DNA of 64,000 bases from a virus: IMG/VR virus record IMGVR_UViG_3300045988_101578, positions 1-64,000 of that record; one strand, written 5' to 3'. Each line of letters opens with the position of its first letter. Positions within the stretch are counted from its first letter, which is position 1. Under the pieces are notes generated by a model, which was not told the origin of the DNA, did not search any database, and saw only the letters and a list, made by a program, of their open reading frames with translations. The position numbers and the translations under genes were made by a program. Shown here one piece after another: positions 1-9,990 of the stretch.

Positions 1-27
1 AAAAAGTCAATTCAGACTTTTTAAATC
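1..27 (+). terminator. possible rho-independent terminator hairpin (aaaagtc/gactttt) with a T-run at the window start
   Basis: 7-bp inverted repeat followed by ttttt. Confidence 0.3.
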
Positions 28-525
28 CCTATTTAAAACGGTTAAACACAACCGAATAAAAGAAGAAAAGAATACTTCTATAAAAACTCATGGTAACGCC
101 ATAACCCATGTAAAAAAGATGATAGGGTAGAGTGTCGCCCGATGCAATAAGTGACATTAAGGTTATTTAGCTAATAACCCATTAGTTAGTATGTATGGCT
201 AATGTCGGGAGACACCAGCAACGCAAAACACTATACATTACATTGAACGGTATAACTTAAGGGTGTTTTATAAACACTCTGAAAAATCTTTTTTGAATAA
301 AACATCATAGCCAAAGATTAACAATGATTCAACCAGTGATCCACTGGTTAAGATATCATAATTCTTTTATAGGTCGATGATGGGGTACAAATTAACGCCT
401 TGCATGGTATGCACTCGAAAGACAAGCCACTGTCCATGACACTGTTATTTGTATCCATTCATGAACTTATAACTGAAAAATCCAGCCTTGAAAAGCTGGT
501 CGTAGTATCAAGGAGGTAAACAACT

Positions 526-708
526 ATGAAAGAAGCAATTGAAAGATTAAAAGAAAAGATCCACAATCAGTTTTTAGCTGAATGTGAAGAAATTTCATAT
601 GAATGTATGGAAGAAGGATACCCTAGCACGGGTTATAACTACGACTTAAGAGTCGCAGATTTAGAAGAATGGTACGATGGAGAATATGGATATATCGGGC
701 TATTCTAA
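526..708 (+). CDS. hypothetical small acidic protein
   Basis: ORF with RBS caaggagg 8 nt upstream of ATG. Confidence 0.5.
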   Translation: MKEAIERLKEKIHNQFLAECEEISYECMEEGYPSTGYNYDLRVADLEEWYDGEYGYIGLF

Positions 709-817
709 ACCATAAAGGCACGATCTAAAAAGATTGTGTCTTTTTTATTGTAACTATTTAAAATCCCGCTTTTATAACTTAATGTAAGTCGGGTAACTAA
801 AGAAAGAAGGTAGAATC

Positions 818-1366
818 ATGAACACGAACACAAATAAAGACGGTTTTACAGCATGGGTTACAAACTTAGGGAAATACAATGAAGGAGAAATCATTGATAA
901 AGCTGTAAATTTCCCACTTGCTGATGAAGATGAAATCAAGAACATCTTAAAAGAAATCGGTATCAATGCAAAATATGAAGAATACTTTGTCGCTGATTAT
1001 GATGCAGAGTTTGATACAACGGACTTAGGAGAATACACACCACTTTCAAGACTCCAGGAAATTGGAGAACGGTATTCAGAACTTTCAGATGAAGAAAGAA
1101 CGGTATTTAATGAAATTAGTTCAGAAACATCAACTTTAGATGAAGCCTTTGACATTGTAGAAGATGGTAACTATATCATCTATTCAGATTGCGACAGCAT
1201 GAAAGACGTTGCTTATCAGTATGTTGATAATACTGGACTACTTGAAAATATTCCAACAAGTGTATCAAATTATTTTGATTATGAAAAATTCAGTCGTGAA
1301 ATGAATATTCGTGGTTGGTATGTTAATTCTACAGCATTCAACGGCTACATTTCAATTTTAAATTAA
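818..1366 (+). CDS. ArdA-like antirestriction protein
   Basis: very acidic 182-aa protein; N-terminal LGKYNEGEI and C-terminal NYFDYEKFSREM...GWYV match ArdA family hallmarks (YNnG ... YFDYEaFarDL ... GyvF). Confidence 0.55.
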   Translation: MNTNTNKDGFTAWVTNLGKYNEGEIIDKAVNFPLADEDEIKNILKEIGINAKYEEYFVADYDAEFDTTDLGEYTPLSRLQEIGERYSELSDEERTVFNEISSETSTLDEAFDIVEDGNYIIYSDCDSMKDVAYQYVDNTGLLENIPTSVSNYFDYEKFSREMNIRGWYVNSTAFNGYISILN

Positions 1367-1377
1367 GGAGGTATATT

Positions 1378-1890
1378 ATGAACTATTATGATTTAGATGG
1401 AATTCAGACAGAAATCAAAAGGCAGATCGAAAGAACAAAATGTTTAATTGAAACATGGAAAAAAGTTACCTACCCAACTAAAAAAGATGGCACACCATTC
1501 AAAAATATGTCAAAGAATTTTGACGGTGCTACATATACCGCAAAAGATAACAGTGCAGAATTATCAATCTGCGGATGGTCTGAACTCAGCGGATATGAAC
1601 ATGATACTATTTTCTGCCATGAAACAAAATACGATCATGGACAATATACAACCATCCTTTATGACGTAAATCAGATTAAAGAAAAGATCAATAATAGGAT
1701 TGACGATTTAAAAGACAATCTTGTTTCATTAGAAAAACAATTAGAAGTATCTAAAAAAGCATATACAGAATTCCAGGAAGTATATGAAAATATGAGAAAT
1801 AGCCTTAAGGAATTAAGCGGATGCAAAAACGAACAATACGGAAATACTTTATTCCATGCAATCTATGGAACTATTGTTAAGCCATATTAG
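1378..1890 (+). CDS. hypothetical protein
   Basis: ORF with RBS aaggagg. Confidence 0.5.
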   Translation: MNYYDLDGIQTEIKRQIERTKCLIETWKKVTYPTKKDGTPFKNMSKNFDGATYTAKDNSAELSICGWSELSGYEHDTIFCHETKYDHGQYTTILYDVNQIKEKINNRIDDLKDNLVSLEKQLEVSKKAYTEFQEVYENMRNSLKELSGCKNEQYGNTLFHAIYGTIVKPY

Positions 1891-1914
1891 AGAAATAAAA
1901 GGAGTGTTTGAATT

Positions 1915-2277
1915 ATGGAACAATATTTATATGCTGATGAATATGATGACAACGAAATTAAAATTCTAACGGTTGGACAACTGTTGGAATTTTTTAATAA
2001 ATCGGATGATAAAAAGAACGGTTCAAGCCTAGATGATTATATTCAAGACAATATAAGAATGGATCTTATTGAAGCGTTCTGCCAACATAAAGAAGCAGAA
2101 ACGGTTGTTTGTGACTTACAGCCATTAGCAAAACAATATATCTTGCAAGAAGCCGAGAAGGTTTTTAATGGTATGCCGTGGGTAGATACTCAAGAAGAAC
2201 TTGATAATGTGTATCATGAGAAAATCAAGAACTTATATGATACGGTTGATTTTTCAGAGTTTGTGGCGTATTTATAG
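1915..2277 (+). CDS. hypothetical acidic protein
   Basis: ORF with RBS aaaggag. Confidence 0.5.
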   Translation: MEQYLYADEYDDNEIKILTVGQLLEFFNKSDDKKNGSSLDDYIQDNIRMDLIEAFCQHKEAETVVCDLQPLAKQYILQEAEKVFNGMPWVDTQEELDNVYHEKIKNLYDTVDFSEFVAYL

Positions 2278-2371
2278 ATTGAATATTATAGACAAGTCGT
2301 GTTTTGGCTTGTCTATTTTATTGAACTTATAAATATTTAAAGTCCCGTAAAGGGCAGAAAGAAGGAAAGTT

Positions 2372-2623
2372 ATGACAAAATATAAAGTGATTTTCGGTTA
2401 TTTTAGCGAACTTGTAGAAGTTGACGAACCTACAACGGATTATGGTGCGATCTTAGATTGTGCGATCGATCAACTAGAACGTGATGGATGCATGAGTGTA
2501 TTCATTACAGATGAAGATATAGAACGTGATGGGATCACTGATGATGCATATATCACTGGTGGCAATCATGGATTGAACCTATATCATGGTGGAAATTTCA
2601 TGATAGAAAGAGTTGATGAGTAA
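2372..2623 (+). CDS. hypothetical protein
   Basis: ORF with RBS agaaggaaag. Confidence 0.5.
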   Translation: MTKYKVIFGYFSELVEVDEPTTDYGAILDCAIDQLERDGCMSVFITDEDIERDGITDDAYITGGNHGLNLYHGGNFMIERVDE

Positions 2624-2640
2624 AGAAAGAAGGAAGAACA

Positions 2641-2835
2641 ATGGAAAATAAAGTACAACTACATAAACCACAACCGATAGACATAGCCGTTGCACTTGTA
2701 GGAATTGCAATGGCTATTATTGCGTTTATAAAGATACCGCAAGCCTTCATTTTAGAAGCATTATTGGTAATGATTACCGCTGTCTATATGCTTGCTTGCG
2801 TTGGATTTTTTGATGATGATACAGATACAGAATAA
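2641..2835 (+). CDS. small membrane protein (2 predicted TM helices)
   Basis: hydrophobic segments IAVALVGIAMAIIAFI and LLVMITAVYMLACVGFF. Confidence 0.45.
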   Translation: MENKVQLHKPQPIDIAVALVGIAMAIIAFIKIPQAFILEALLVMITAVYMLACVGFFDDDTDTE

Positions 2836-2847
2836 GAAAGAAGGTAA

Positions 2848-3249
2848 ATGATTATGAATTTTGAAAAATATAGAGAACTTGACACAATTAAATTGCATGG
2901 GATTTCTGCTGACATATTTCAAGAGAATGAACATGGAGAACTTATTGATCCTTTACGTGGAAAAGATGCAGACTGGTTAACGGGAAAATCTACATTAGCA
3001 AAAGCGGAAAATTTCAATTTTGAACAATTCGTTCTTAATGAAATCAATCAGCATTTTATTAACAATTTAGAAGCAAAAGATATTTGTATTTGTGGTAGTT
3101 GTTTTTCTTTTTGGAAACAAGAAGATGATGATGGTTTAGAAGATGATAATGGAAAATATTTTGTATCCTATGCCGTTAGTATCACAATTAATGGAAAATA
3201 CATAGATGAAGAAGATTTATACGAACTATTTCCGAATTTTGAATATTAA
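2848..3249 (+). CDS. hypothetical protein
   Basis: ORF with RBS. Confidence 0.5.
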   Translation: MIMNFEKYRELDTIKLHGISADIFQENEHGELIDPLRGKDADWLTGKSTLAKAENFNFEQFVLNEINQHFINNLEAKDICICGSCFSFWKQEDDDGLEDDNGKYFVSYAVSITINGKYIDEEDLYELFPNFEY

Positions 3250-3269
3250 GAAAGAAGGTACAGAACGCA

Positions 3270-3878
3270 ATGAAAACAAAACAGAATAAAACAATCAAGA
3301 TCCTATTAGCCGTAGCACTTATGTTTATGGCTTTTTTAATGATGGAAAATACAGTACACGCAAAGACAAAAAGAAGTAAATACAGAACGACAAACGGCAT
3401 TTACAACGCAGATGGAACAATTGACACGGTTGACGGTTACTGTTGGAAAGTTCGCAAGGAATCATATGCCTATCCAAAGACTACCGTTGTAACTGTAAAA
3501 TTCAATACTCACGGCACTAGAAACAAGCTCGATGATTCGATCGTAAAGATCAATGCAAAGAATAAAAACATCCAGCTTGTAAACGATTATATACGCCACG
3601 AGTACGACTTAAAAGCCTATAGAGTAAAGTATATCAGCACTGGAAAATTAACCGATAAAATGATTCGTGAACGTGCTGTAAAGCATACGATTTATGTGGA
3701 AATTATTAAAAGTGTTTCTGCCGGAGGTAAACATGGAACGTATGAAAAAGGTTATTACATTGCATATAACAAACGTGTACGCAGGGGAAAGCACGTAACA
3801 AGTTATTGCATATGGAATCCTTGCAATAGCTACTGTGATGATGTAGAAGCGATCGCAGATAATGGAAAAATCAGATAG
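3270..3878 (+). CDS. secreted protein with N-terminal signal peptide
   Basis: MKTKQNKTIKILLAVALMFMAFLMMENTVHA signal-like N-terminus. Confidence 0.5.
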   Translation: MKTKQNKTIKILLAVALMFMAFLMMENTVHAKTKRSKYRTTNGIYNADGTIDTVDGYCWKVRKESYAYPKTTVVTVKFNTHGTRNKLDDSIVKINAKNKNIQLVNDYIRHEYDLKAYRVKYISTGKLTDKMIRERAVKHTIYVEIIKSVSAGGKHGTYEKGYYIAYNKRVRRGKHVTSYCIWNPCNSYCDDVEAIADNGKIR

Positions 3879-3894
3879 AAAGAAGGTTGGAATC

Positions 3895-4143
3895 ATGAAA
3901 AAGAAATTAATCAATATTAATATCAAGGCATTTTTGGAAAAATTCAATGAAGAATACGACTTCTTATATGATAACTATGATCGAGTAGCTGGTTATACAG
4001 AAGCACTTGAAGCTGGTGATTCTTTTATAGAAAGTCATTTAGATTTTGTTAAAGAGTTTAATAATTATAGGGGAGATATTCTTTCTAGTGATAGAGAAGT
4101 TGTAGCATTTATGTTTGCATTAGAATCCATGGAGGTGGCATAG
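3895..4143 (+). CDS. hypothetical protein (start moved to the internal ATG with RBS gaaggttgg)
   Basis: track ORF 3862..4143; the ATG at 3895 has the better RBS. Confidence 0.4.
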   Translation: MKKKLININIKAFLEKFNEEYDFLYDNYDRVAGYTEALEAGDSFIESHLDFVKEFNNYRGDILSSDREVVAFMFALESMEVA

Positions 4144-4144
4144 A

Positions 4145-4456
4145 ATGAAAGATTATAGAACGATTATTTCTAGCGGTACAGTGGAAAATATCTGCGATGC
4201 TTTAGCGGATTTCCTTGACGAATATTTTGTAGGATGTTTACAAGATAATTATTTCTTTAGTGTTGGAAATAACAATCTAAAGTTAGGCAGAATCAAACTA
4301 AGAAAGTACGTGATGATCTTAGAAAAAGGCTTGAATGAATGGTCTAGTGTCAATGAATTGTACATGACAGACAGCGAAAAGAAGTATAGAGAACTGTTGG
4401 ATATGTACTATAAAGATCGTGAAGAATATGAGAAAGAAGAACTGGAAACGGCATAG
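4145..4456 (+). CDS. hypothetical protein
   Basis: ORF. Confidence 0.45.
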   Translation: MKDYRTIISSGTVENICDALADFLDEYFVGCLQDNYFFSVGNNNLKLGRIKLRKYVMILEKGLNEWSSVNELYMTDSEKKYRELLDMYYKDREEYEKEELETA

Positions 4457-4475
4457 AATAGGAGGATGGAAGATC

Positions 4476-4820
4476 ATGAAAGAAAGAGAAATAAGAACCG
4501 CAAAGAAGTTTGGAATTTTAGATAAATGTCAAGAACTAGAACAAGAACTCTTACAAATTGGCAGAGTTAAAAAGATAGAATTTGATCTTAATGGATTTTA
4601 CAGTGATATATATCAAGTAATTATCTTAGCAATATATGATATTCCAGCAACTTTGGAAAACTATTTTGAAACACGGAAGGAAGTCGTGAAAAATATCATC
4701 AAGGTTGCTGGAAATTATGGATTAACAAGAACAGAAGATGCTATCGAGGACTACGGAACGACATTTTATTTTGTGTTTCGTTGTTCTAAAGAATGGAAAA
4801 ATAAAGAAACTAAAAGATAA
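4476..4820 (+). CDS. hypothetical protein (start at the ATG at 4476 after RBS ggagg)
   Basis: track ORF 4419..4820; RBS-supported internal start. Confidence 0.45.
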   Translation: MKEREIRTAKKFGILDKCQELEQELLQIGRVKKIEFDLNGFYSDIYQVIILAIYDIPATLENYFETRKEVVKNIIKVAGNYGLTRTEDAIEDYGTTFYFVFRCSKEWKNKETKR

Positions 4821-4838
4821 CCAGGAGGAACAATAGAT

Positions 4839-5174
4839 ATGATTGGAAATAGATATGAATTGAAAAAAGATGGAACAGAACTAAAAGAAATTGAAAATGA
4901 TCTTGCAAAATATCTTAATGTGCCATTTGTAAAATGTAGCTACGATAATGTAAATAGTCATAAATATAAAGATAAGAATGAAATTGAATATAGAAATAAA
5001 GAAGCAATGGAAACTGGTTTATATGATATGTGTGATTACATTATTAACTATGAAAAATACAATACGCTAGATGGCTATAAACAAAATAATGGCGGATACG
5101 ATGGGGAGGTGTATGAATTGTTATATCTTAAGGGAAATGGAAATTATATTGTGATTACCAATATCGCAGAATGA
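4839..5174 (+). CDS. hypothetical protein
   Basis: RBS aggagg upstream. Confidence 0.5.
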   Translation: MIGNRYELKKDGTELKEIENDLAKYLNVPFVKCSYDNVNSHKYKDKNEIEYRNKEAMETGLYDMCDYIINYEKYNTLDGYKQNNGGYDGEVYELLYLKGNGNYIVITNIAE

Positions 5175-5204
5175 TTTATAAGAAAGAAAAGGAGGTAAGA
5201 TAGA

Positions 5205-5477
5205 ATGGAAATTTTAAAGATGACAAGAACAAACATGGTAGTGATTCAGACAGTGGAAAAGGAAGAACGTAACACTTTTGACATTGGAAAAATCAAGGTA
5301 TCAGCTTTACCACCGATCGCAAAGAAAGATCTTATCGCAGAACTTAAAAGTAAAGGATTCTGTGATGGAATGATTCATACAGCTTTACAATGTAAGTTAG
5401 AAGATCTGAACGGATATGTGAACGTATGGAAGTATGTAGCATATATCCTTGCTGTAGAACTGATGGAAAGATTATAA
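5205..5477 (+). CDS. hypothetical protein
   Basis: RBS aaaggagg. Confidence 0.5.
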   Translation: MEILKMTRTNMVVIQTVEKEERNTFDIGKIKVSALPPIAKKDLIAELKSKGFCDGMIHTALQCKLEDLNGYVNVWKYVAYILAVELMERL

Positions 5478-5493
5478 GAAGGGCGGTGGAAAC

Positions 5494-5952
5494 ATGGAAA
5501 ATACAAATACATTAACAGTAAAATTCGTCGGTTTTGGTGGTGGATTTATGGAATATCCATGCTATAAAGATGAAAACGAAAAGCTATATTTTGACATAAA
5601 CGATGGGAAAAATGGACTTGACTTATACACTGGTGCTTACATGGATGAACTTGGAGATATTTGTGGTGAACCAAATCAGTCAGTAATGCAAGAAATCAAA
5701 TGCGATAAACCATTTTCAAGGAATCTTAGAGAACGTGATTATCAGTTTCTAAGTAGATTAAAAGCAGATTGCGAATACTTCTTAAGAAATGGAAACGGTT
5801 GTAAGAAATACTTATATAAAGAAAGCATTGAAAAACATTGCGATGAGATGGAAAAAATATGGAATTCATTTACAGACGAACAAAAACCTAAATGGTTAAC
5901 GATGGAACAAATAAAAGATTTTAGAAAGAAAATGTTAAATACAAGAAAGTAG
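5494..5952 (+). CDS. hypothetical Cys-rich protein
   Basis: ORF. Confidence 0.45.
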   Translation: MENTNTLTVKFVGFGGGFMEYPCYKDENEKLYFDINDGKNGLDLYTGAYMDELGDICGEPNQSVMQEIKCDKPFSRNLRERDYQFLSRLKADCEYFLRNGNGCKKYLYKESIEKHCDEMEKIWNSFTDEQKPKWLTMEQIKDFRKKMLNTRK

Positions 5953-6150
5953 GTGGAAATTATGATCGTAAGAAACACTTATACAGATGGTAGAACAGAA
6001 ATTTTTTGTAATACGCCCGATGAATACAATGACTTATGTTGTGAGTACGATTTAGAAGATTGTGGTATGAGTGGAAAATACGTTGGATCTAGTTGGAGCC
6101 ACGATGATAAGAACAATGTAGACGTTTATTTTAAATATAAAGAAGAATAG
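5953..6150 (+). CDS. hypothetical small protein
   Basis: RBS aggtgg. Confidence 0.45.
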   Translation: MEIMIVRNTYTDGRTEIFCNTPDEYNDLCCEYDLEDCGMSGKYVGSSWSHDDKNNVDVYFKYKEE

Positions 6151-6157
6151 AAAGTAG

Positions 6158-6340
6158 GTGGAAAGAATGAGTCGCAGAACAACTATGACAGCATTAGCGT
6201 GTCACGTAGAACGAAAGTATAATACTTTATACTTCACAGAAAATCCTCCGAACGCTGGAATTGATGATAGCTTACATGGTTACAAATACTTCTTGTTATT
6301 CAAGAACACGTTCGGAATTTTTCGGAAGTACAAAACGTAA
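6158..6340 (+). CDS. hypothetical small protein
   Basis: RBS aggtgg. Confidence 0.4.
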   Translation: MERMSRRTTMTALACHVERKYNTLYFTENPPNAGIDDSLHGYKYFLLFKNTFGIFRKYKT

Positions 6341-6631
6341 GAAGAAGCAATTAATGGCATGACGGAAATTTTAAAAGGAGATCCAACTAATCTATTCAAT
6401 TTCTCTATGTGTCGTGCATAGCTTATTACATAGCCAATTAAAGGCTTTTACTGTCTGTAATGAAGCAGACTACACCTTAACGGAAATACTGGACTATTGA
6501 AGCTAATAGTTACTTCAAATGAACGGAATGACTGTACTACTGATTGCTAGTAGTGACGTATTGGAACGGAAAAACGGTGGCGTATGGTAGATAAAAGAAA
6601 AGTTTTATCACATGAATAGGAGTGACGAACA

Positions 6632-7168
6632 ATGGAAAATAAAACAAGATTAATTACTTTATCTGATAGTCCTGGAATGGATGGAGAGTTAGTTATTTTT
6701 AGAACAAACGCACCTGTGGAAAGATTGAAAGCGTTAGAAGTAGAAAGCTGTAAAGCATATACAAACAATACTGATATTCCAGTTTGGGCAGGTGTATTGG
6801 AAAAAGAAGGTTATATATGCGATATTGTAGATTCGCACAGTCATGTAACACCATATGAAACATCTTTTGTATGGAAAACAAAGTGTTATCCTTATATTAC
6901 AGAATGTTATGACATTGATAATGTTATAAGTCTTATTAACGGATCAGAAGAAGAGAGAATTGCAAATATTTTATTTAATATGTCTTTAGATATGGATTAT
7001 GATAGCTCTGTTGATGACTACAGAGAGGATATGGAAATGCTGACTAAAAGCATTGGAAATTTATCTATGATAGATGATCCTCTGTTCCATGTATTACAGA
7101 ATATTGCAGACAACAACGCAGAAATGGAAAATAAGCTTGTCAATGCAGATGGATCTATTTGCAGATAG
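6632..7168 (+). CDS. hypothetical protein
   Basis: RBS aggag. Confidence 0.5.
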   Translation: MENKTRLITLSDSPGMDGELVIFRTNAPVERLKALEVESCKAYTNNTDIPVWAGVLEKEGYICDIVDSHSHVTPYETSFVWKTKCYPYITECYDIDNVISLINGSEEERIANILFNMSLDMDYDSSVDDYREDMEMLTKSIGNLSMIDDPLFHVLQNIADNNAEMENKLVNADGSICR

Positions 7169-7171
7169 GAG

Positions 7172-7462
7172 ATGGAAACTATGAATGATAAAAAATATGA
7201 TACAGAAATGATGATGGCAATAAGATTTAAATATAGACAGTCGTCTCAAAATCTATCTGATTTAACCAAAAAGTTGGAAAATGTTAATTTGGAGTTAATG
7301 CAAGCAGAAAACTATACAAAAGAAATGTCATATAAACAGTATAAAAGATTAAAAGAAGAAGCAGAAGAATTAACAGAAGCAATTCGTATTGAAACGATTG
7401 CCCGTAATGTTTGGGATGACGCAAGAGAAGTTTGCATGAATGTTGTTGATGATGAAAATTAA
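7172..7462 (+). CDS. hypothetical coiled-coil protein
   Basis: ORF. Confidence 0.45.
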   Translation: METMNDKKYDTEMMMAIRFKYRQSSQNLSDLTKKLENVNLELMQAENYTKEMSYKQYKRLKEEAEELTEAIRIETIARNVWDDAREVCMNVVDDEN

Positions 7463-7485
7463 ATGTCAATTCTATTGTAGGAAGG

Positions 7486-7692
7486 ATGGAAATTTACATG
7501 AAAAAATATATAATAGATGTTGTAGAAACATATAAGAGATCAGTTGAAATTAAAGCAGAAACAGAGGATGAAGCAAGAAATATTGTAGCGGAAAAGATTA
7601 ATACAGGAGATATTGATATTCCTTGTGATGGCGGTGGTTACGACTATGAGTACGAGTTATTTGCAAGTGAGGTAGAGGAAAGCGAAGTGTAA
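7486..7692 (+). CDS. hypothetical small acidic protein
   Basis: RBS aggaagg. Confidence 0.45.
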   Translation: MEIYMKKYIIDVVETYKRSVEIKAETEDEARNIVAEKINTGDIDIPCDGGGYDYEYELFASEVEESEV

Positions 7693-7799
7693 TTTTTATG
7701 GACTGTTTACTACAGTTAGAGAAGATGATAATATATACATATTAGTTGAGATACAAGACAAACAAAAAACTTAAAGAACAGAGCAAAGGAGAGTAAATT

Positions 7800-7970
7800 A
7801 TGCCATTTGTTTTATTATTAATAATTATATTTATCGTTCCAGAGGATAGTTTGGAATATATGTTAGGAGCTATCTTAGGTGGTGGCTATGGAATTTTAAT
7901 GGTTATAGCATTTGTTGCTATTCTGTATGGAATTTATAAGTTCTTTTCCGATCTTTGGAACGGAAGATAG
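7800..7970 (+). CDS. small membrane protein (56 aa, 2 TM); not in the ORF track because it is under 60 aa
   Basis: ATG at 7800 preceded by RBS aaaggagag; hydrophobic MPFVLLLIIIFIV and GILMVIAFVAILYGI. Confidence 0.45.
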   Translation: MPFVLLLIIIFIVPEDSLEYMLGAILGGGYGILMVIAFVAILYGIYKFFSDLWNGR

Positions 7971-8004
7971 AATGGAAAATATTATTTGATAAAGCAGATT
8001 ATAT

Positions 8005-8544
8005 ATGGAAGGAGTTATGAATATGAATAAATTCAAGCATTATGGGAAAGATGTATGGGTTCAGACATTTACAGAAACAAACTGGGTAGATGGACTAAAG
8101 AAAAACGGATTAGAATATGTAGCACTTCCAGATCTTGAACATGAAGTATATAAATATGTTAAGAATGGAAAAGAGAGGTATGCTCTAATTCATTATCCTG
8201 ATGTACCTGAAGAAGCATTACAAGAAGTATATATAATAGAAAAGATTCCTGATGATCTTAGTTGGGATAACATAATAGAAGATTACAGACAGCAGAGTAG
8301 AGGATATGAACCGATGAAACTGCCAACACGAGCAAGGCTATTGTATGATAAAGCCGATCACATAGCATATGAATTGGAAAAAGAAGATCACAATTTTGCT
8401 AAAAATTTTTGGCATAGACCTACAGGATATATTGATCCTAAACGATTTAAGTCGGCTCTTACTTTGCTTGGAACAAGTATCGAAGAACTAAGGGAAATGG
8501 ATCATTCCGATACGCCAGAAATTGATGAACTAGAATTAGAATGA
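8005..8544 (+). CDS. hypothetical protein
   Basis: ORF. Confidence 0.5.
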   Translation: MEGVMNMNKFKHYGKDVWVQTFTETNWVDGLKKNGLEYVALPDLEHEVYKYVKNGKERYALIHYPDVPEEALQEVYIIEKIPDDLSWDNIIEDYRQQSRGYEPMKLPTRARLLYDKADHIAYELEKEDHNFAKNFWHRPTGYIDPKRFKSALTLLGTSIEELREMDHSDTPEIDELELE

Positions 8545-8566
8545 ATACAAATTAATATAGGTAACT

Positions 8567-8602
8567 AGGACACTTATGGAAAATTCCAGAGTGTCTTTTT
8601 TA
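8567..8602 (+). terminator. rho-independent terminator
   Basis: hairpin gacact...agtgtc followed by tttttt. Confidence 0.5.
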
Positions 8603-8637
8603 ATACAAATTTTTACATAAGAAAGGTGGAATTAATT

Positions 8638-9990
8638 ATGAATCTAAACGAAATGGAAATCCCTTGCGATCCAATTTTGGATAAAGCAAAGAGGGATGAG
8701 TTAGTGCAGAACACGGAGCTTTTAAAACAAGTTACGATCAAGCCGATTCCGTGGCTCCCTGGACGAGATTATATCACTACGGAACAGGTAGCACGATTTT
8801 TTGATGGAGATGTTGACGAGGTTAAGAGATTGTGTACGAAGTATCGCAAAGAGTTTTTAGACGATGGAATGGAAGTTAAGACAATACAAGAAATCATTGA
8901 CGGTCAGGACGCAACAACGGAAAAACAGAAGGGAAGAATCATTGTAACGTATCCGAACGGATTGAATATCTCATTCGGCTATAAGGGTGCTAAGGTGTTT
9001 ACTCTTAAATGTTTGATCAGATTGTCTTTACTGATGGAAACTTCAAGCCTTGCTGAGAACGTAAGACATTATGTTTTTATTAATGAGTACATCACGATGG
9101 AAGAGCAGAGAGAACAAGAGCAGGTAGAGGCAGGTGTGCAGCTTGTAGACACAACGGAAATTTTAGGTAGAAGAATTGACTTATACAGAAGCATTGAAGA
9201 TCCGTTATTCTTGGCAAGAGATGTTGCAGAATGGATTGATTATAGTAAACGTCCTGATGGAAGTTATAAAACAGATATGATGTTACAGGCGATTGATTCA
9301 GAGGAAAAATATAAGACCAAAATCTTAACCGCCAATAATGTTGGCGGGTCAAATTTAGGTCAGATTGATTCTACGGGAAAGACTATTAATCCATTTTGGT
9401 TTCTGACAGAAGATGGACTCTATGAAGTATGTATGCAGTCACGCAAACCGATTGCAAAGCAGATGAAGAAACAGATTAAAGAATATCTTAGAAACATTCG
9501 TAAGACAGGCGGTGCGGTTGACTTTGGAAAAGAGTCACAGTTCATTGAACACTACTTCCCGTCATTTTCTGAGGATGTCAAGCTTGCTATGGTAACCGAT
9601 CTGCGAACACAAAACAAAGAACTCAAAGAAGAGAATCAGAAGTTACAGAATGATAATAAGCTATTAGCAGCGGAAATTTTGACGTGGGATGATCGCAATA
9701 AGATGAACGCTGGAATTAGGAAGTTGGCTGCCGTTACAGGAACACAATTCTCTGTTATGTGGAACGAGCTTTATAAGAACTTGCAATACAAATATCAGAT
9801 TGATGTTAAGAAACGTGGTAAGAAACCATTTCTTCAGTGGATTCAAGAACATGAATGGGATAAGGTAATGAAAGTCTTTTGTGCAATGTGTGAAGCTAGA
9901 AACCTATCTCCAACAGATATGTTCCAACAGACAGCACCAGTGGAAAATTTATATGATAATGAAGATGAGGCTGATGAAGTATGGAATTAG
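8638..9990 (+). CDS. Bro-N domain protein (phage antirepressor-like) with a central Bro-N domain
   Basis: segment FLTEDGLYEVCMQSRKPIAKQMKKQIKEYLRNIRKTG matches the Bro-N C-terminal consensus (GlY.L...Srkp.Ak.F..Wv...v.P.IRktG); ATG at 8638 after RBS aaaggtgg (track ORF starts at GTG 8626). Confidence 0.6.
   Translation: MNLNEMEIPCDPILDKAKRDELVQNTELLKQVTIKPIPWLPGRDYITTEQVARFFDGDVDEVKRLCTKYRKEFLDDGMEVKTIQEIIDGQDATTEKQKGRIIVTYPNGLNISFGYKGAKVFTLKCLIRLSLLMETSSLAENVRHYVFINEYITMEEQREQEQVEAGVQLVDTTEILGRRIDLYRSIEDPLFLARDVAEWIDYSKRPDGSYKTDMMLQAIDSEEKYKTKILTANNVGGSNLGQIDSTGKTINPFWFLTEDGLYEVCMQSRKPIAKQMKKQIKEYLRNIRKTGGAVDFGKESQFIEHYFPSFSEDVKLAMVTDLRTQNKELKEENQKLQNDNKLLAAEILTWDDRNKMNAGIRKLAAVTGTQFSVMWNELYKNLQYKYQIDVKKRGKKPFLQWIQEHEWDKVMKVFCAMCEARNLSPTDMFQQTAPVENLYDNEDEADEVWN

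Noticed and set aside
772-966. Minus-strand ORFs such as 772..966, 3648..3947, 16677..17090, 17783..18250, 25096..25482, 27849..28205, 37667..38241, 58033..58362
   Set aside because: All are antisense to longer + strand genes with RBSs. Their Phe/Leu/Ile-rich translations are typical of antisense reading of AT-rich coding DNA. The only convincing minus-strand gene is 31188..31391.
1448-1669. Alternative-frame ORF embedded in 1378..1890
   Set aside because: It is fully nested in a longer RBS-supported ORF and has biased, low-complexity translation.
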